DNA from: Candidatus Hadarchaeales archaeon
GTDB lineage: Archaea > Hadarchaeota > Hadarchaeia > Hadarchaeales > Hadarchaeaceae
DNA: 10,923 nt
Reading direction: 5' to 3'
NCBI GenBank assembly: GCA_038851565.1
Contig: JAWCKV010000028.1
Coordinates: 1 to 10,923 of the forward strand
Shown here one piece after another: positions 7,655 through 10,923 of this stretch (positions within the stretch are counted from its first letter, which is position 1; each line of letters opens with the position of its first letter). The notes beneath the pieces were generated by a model. It was not told where the DNA came from and did no database searches. It saw only the letters and a program-made list of their open reading frames with translations. The position numbers were made by a program, and so were the translations under genes.

Positions 7655-7686
7655 GAAAGCATCCCTCGCCGAACGTCATTTTACCA

Positions 7687-8292
7687 TCACCTTGCCCCCT
7701 TTGCTATCCTCTCTATTTCCTCCTTTCTCGCAACAGCGTAGCTCTTTGTGTCATTGTTTGCGGCGAGGACTATCTCCTCAGCCAGGCACTCCTCTATAGA
7801 CTTCTTGCTGGAAAAAGAGGAGGAAAACGCTCCAGCCGCCAGATTCTTGAGCGCCATGTCGAGTCTCCTCTGGGGTGCGGAATCAACAGCCACGTAATAG
7901 GTGATGCCGCCGTAGCTTATCCTCGTTGTTTCCTCCCTCGGCGCCGCATTTTGGACGGCATCGATCAAAACCTGGAGCGGGTTTCTCTTCGTCCGCTCTG
8001 CGATGATCTTGAAGGCCTTCTTAACTATGTTATAGGCCCTGTGCTTTTTCCCGCAGGCTCCCGCCCCCCGGATCACCTTGCCTTTTATTTTCCCCGCGCC
8101 GGGACCGGACCTCATTATTTTCGTTATGAGGCGCTCGACGATTGGGACTTCAGCCTTCCCAAACTGTCTGCCAGCGTGCCTTCCCCCGCTGTGGGGCACG
8201 AGGGTGGGATCCAGCCGTATGTATCTCTTCAGGCCCTGATCCTTTACCTCCACGCCCTCAACTTCCCACTCGCCAAAATACTTGAATCCCAA
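7687..8292 (-). CDS. rps7: 30S ribosomal protein uS7 (201 aa)
   Basis: Motifs 'PHSGGRH', 'PIVERL', 'NPLQVL..AVQNAAPREETTRI.YGG', 'AVDSAPQRRLD' and 'KEEIERIAKGAR'. TTG start preceded by AGGTGA. Confidence 0.98.
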   Translation of the reverse strand: MGFKYFGEWEVEGVEVKDQGLKRYIRLDPTLVPHSGGRHAGRQFGKAEVPIVERLITKIMRSGPGAGKIKGKVIRGAGACGKKHRAYNIVKKAFKIIAERTKRNPLQVLIDAVQNAAPREETTRISYGGITYYVAVDSAPQRRLDMALKNLAAGAFSSSFSSKKSIEECLAEEIVLAANNDTKSYAVARKEEIERIAKGAR

Positions 8293-8296
8293 ACCA

Positions 8297-8734
8297 TCAC
8301 CTAGTAGGCTTCTCCTTTCTCCCCTTCACCAGCTCCTTGAGGGAAACGTTGTTCACCTTAACAACCTTATACCTGACTCCCGGGATGTCCCCATACGCCC
8401 CACCCTTCGCCCCGCCGATGCCCTCGACAACAACCTCATCGTGCTCATCAATGAACCCTATTGCACCATCCCCGGGAGCGAACGCCGTGACCTGCCTCCC
8501 GTTCTTGATGAGCTGGACGCGAACACACTTTCGGATAGCGGAGTTAGGCTGTTTCGCCTCAACACCCACCTTCTCCAGAACTATCCCGCGGGCCTGGGGT
8601 GCACCCTCAAGGGGGTCAGCCTTCTCGTCCAGCATCAGGACGCGTCTCTTGTACCGCGCGCTCTTCCATCTGAACTTCTGCCTCTTTGTTCCGGCCTTTC
8701 TCGCCGCGAATTCCCCTCTAGGAGCTTTTCCCAT
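8297..8734 (-). CDS. rps12: 30S ribosomal protein uS12 (145 aa; alternative TTG at 8752)
   Basis: Motifs '[21 protein letters not shown]', 'PGDG', 'IDEHDEV' and '[10 protein letters not shown]'. Confidence 0.98.
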   Translation of the reverse strand: MGKAPRGEFAARKAGTKRQKFRWKSARYKRRVLMLDEKADPLEGAPQARGIVLEKVGVEAKQPNSAIRKCVRVQLIKNGRQVTAFAPGDGAIGFIDEHDEVVVEGIGGAKGGAYGDIPGVRYKVVKVNNVSLKELVKGRKEKPTR

Positions 8735-8773
8735 CGTCCCGCCTCTAACCAATAATCACTCCATCCTTAAAAC

Positions 8774-9205
8774 TCATACAATTACCACATCCGCAAACCC
8801 AAAGTATCTCTGAGCCAGCTTCTTGAGGAGCTGTATCTTCCTCCCCCCTGAGCCTATGGCCATCCCCCTCTCATGCCTCTCGACCGATATCCTTGCTATC
8901 TTTTTGCCTTCCTCCTCGATCACGCTGATCTCCTGTACACTTGCAGGCTTCAGCAGATTCCTGAAGAACTCGTTCATGTCCTCAGTATACTCCACCAGAT
9001 AAATGCCCTTTCCGATGAATTTTCTCGCCTTTCTTATCCTGGACCCGTTTTTACCTATAGCAAGACCTAGATGCCCCCTCTTGACAACGAAGACTATGCT
9101 CCTGCCATCCTCGGATAGTACACAGTCATGGAGCCTTGCGCCCGTCAGCCCCTCGAAGAAGGTGATGTAGCGCATCTCCTCAGCGGTGAGCTTTATCCCT
9201 GCCAT
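8774..9205 (-). CDS. nusA: Archaeal NusA-like transcription factor (two KH domains, 143 aa)
   Basis: N-terminus 'IKLTAEEMRYI..FE..TGA...DC' and two GxxG loops (AIGKNG, AIGSGG). Conserved position between rpl30e and rps12. Confidence 0.95.
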   Translation of the reverse strand: MAGIKLTAEEMRYITFFEGLTGARLHDCVLSEDGRSIVFVVKRGHLGLAIGKNGSRIRKARKFIGKGIYLVEYTEDMNEFFRNLLKPASVQEISVIEEEGKKIARISVERHERGMAIGSGGRKIQLLKKLAQRYFGFADVVIV

Positions 9206-9208
9206 GCC

Positions 9209-10664
<1,456 letters not shown>

Positions 10665-10922
10665 CTATATCCCTCCCAGCACCTGCTCGACGATCTTCTC
10701 CACGTTAACAGCCCTGCCCTTATCGCTCTTTGCCGGATCCACGCCGTCCTCTCCATAAACAAACTGTACAATTGCGCCCCTGTCGTCCCTCACTGTTCCA
10801 TCGTATTCCACCCTGAGATCCTGCAGGGCGTTTATCAAACGGCGCTGCATGTACCCGCTCTGGGCTGTCCTCACCGCTGTGTCAACAAGTCCCTCCCTAC
10901 CACCCATGGCGTGAAAGAAATA
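10665..10922 (-). CDS. rpoA1: DNA-directed RNA polymerase subunit A' (Rpo1N), 3' fragment
   Basis: The frame is open to the window edge: [36 protein letters not shown] (bridge helix), then '[11 protein letters not shown]'. Its stop abuts the rpoA'' ATG with no gap. Confidence 0.98.
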   Translation of the reverse strand, partial: YFFHAMGGREGLVDTAVRTAQSGYMQRRLINALQDLRVEYDGTVRDDRGAIVQFVYGEDGVDPAKSDKGRAVNVEKIVEQVLGGI

Positions 10923-10923
10923 C

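Noticed and set aside
7221..8813. Long + strand ORFs (7221-7799, 7651-8304, 8282-8755, 8337-8813) opposite tuf, rps7 and rps12
   Set aside because: They are antisense shadows of highly conserved genes with no motifs of their own.

Overview
Compact housekeeping region of an archaeal chromosome. Evidence for Archaea: split RNA polymerase A'/A'' genes, eL30, KH-only NusA, EF-1alpha and BRE/TATA-like promoters. Left to right: the 3' end of a histidine cluster (hisD fragment, hisE, hisI) and a SpoIIM/DUF95 membrane protein; rtcA head-to-head with a single-domain O6-alkylguanine transferase; nadM head-to-head with thiC, then a class-V PLP aminotransferase; and, on the minus strand, rpoA'(partial)-rpoA''-rpl30e-nusA-rps12-rps7-tuf-rps10, with no EF-2 gene between rps7 and tuf. 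EF-1alpha lacks the TACK/eukaryote insertion, and EF-1alpha and uS7 carry indels resembling Thermococcales. This suggests a non-TACK lineage such as Hadarchaeota or Thermococci relatives (inference from recalled sequences, not from a search). I see no mobile element, CRISPR array, RNA gene or defence system, and I cannot support a clearly novel system. The findings are modest observations on gene order, indels, overlaps and regulation.
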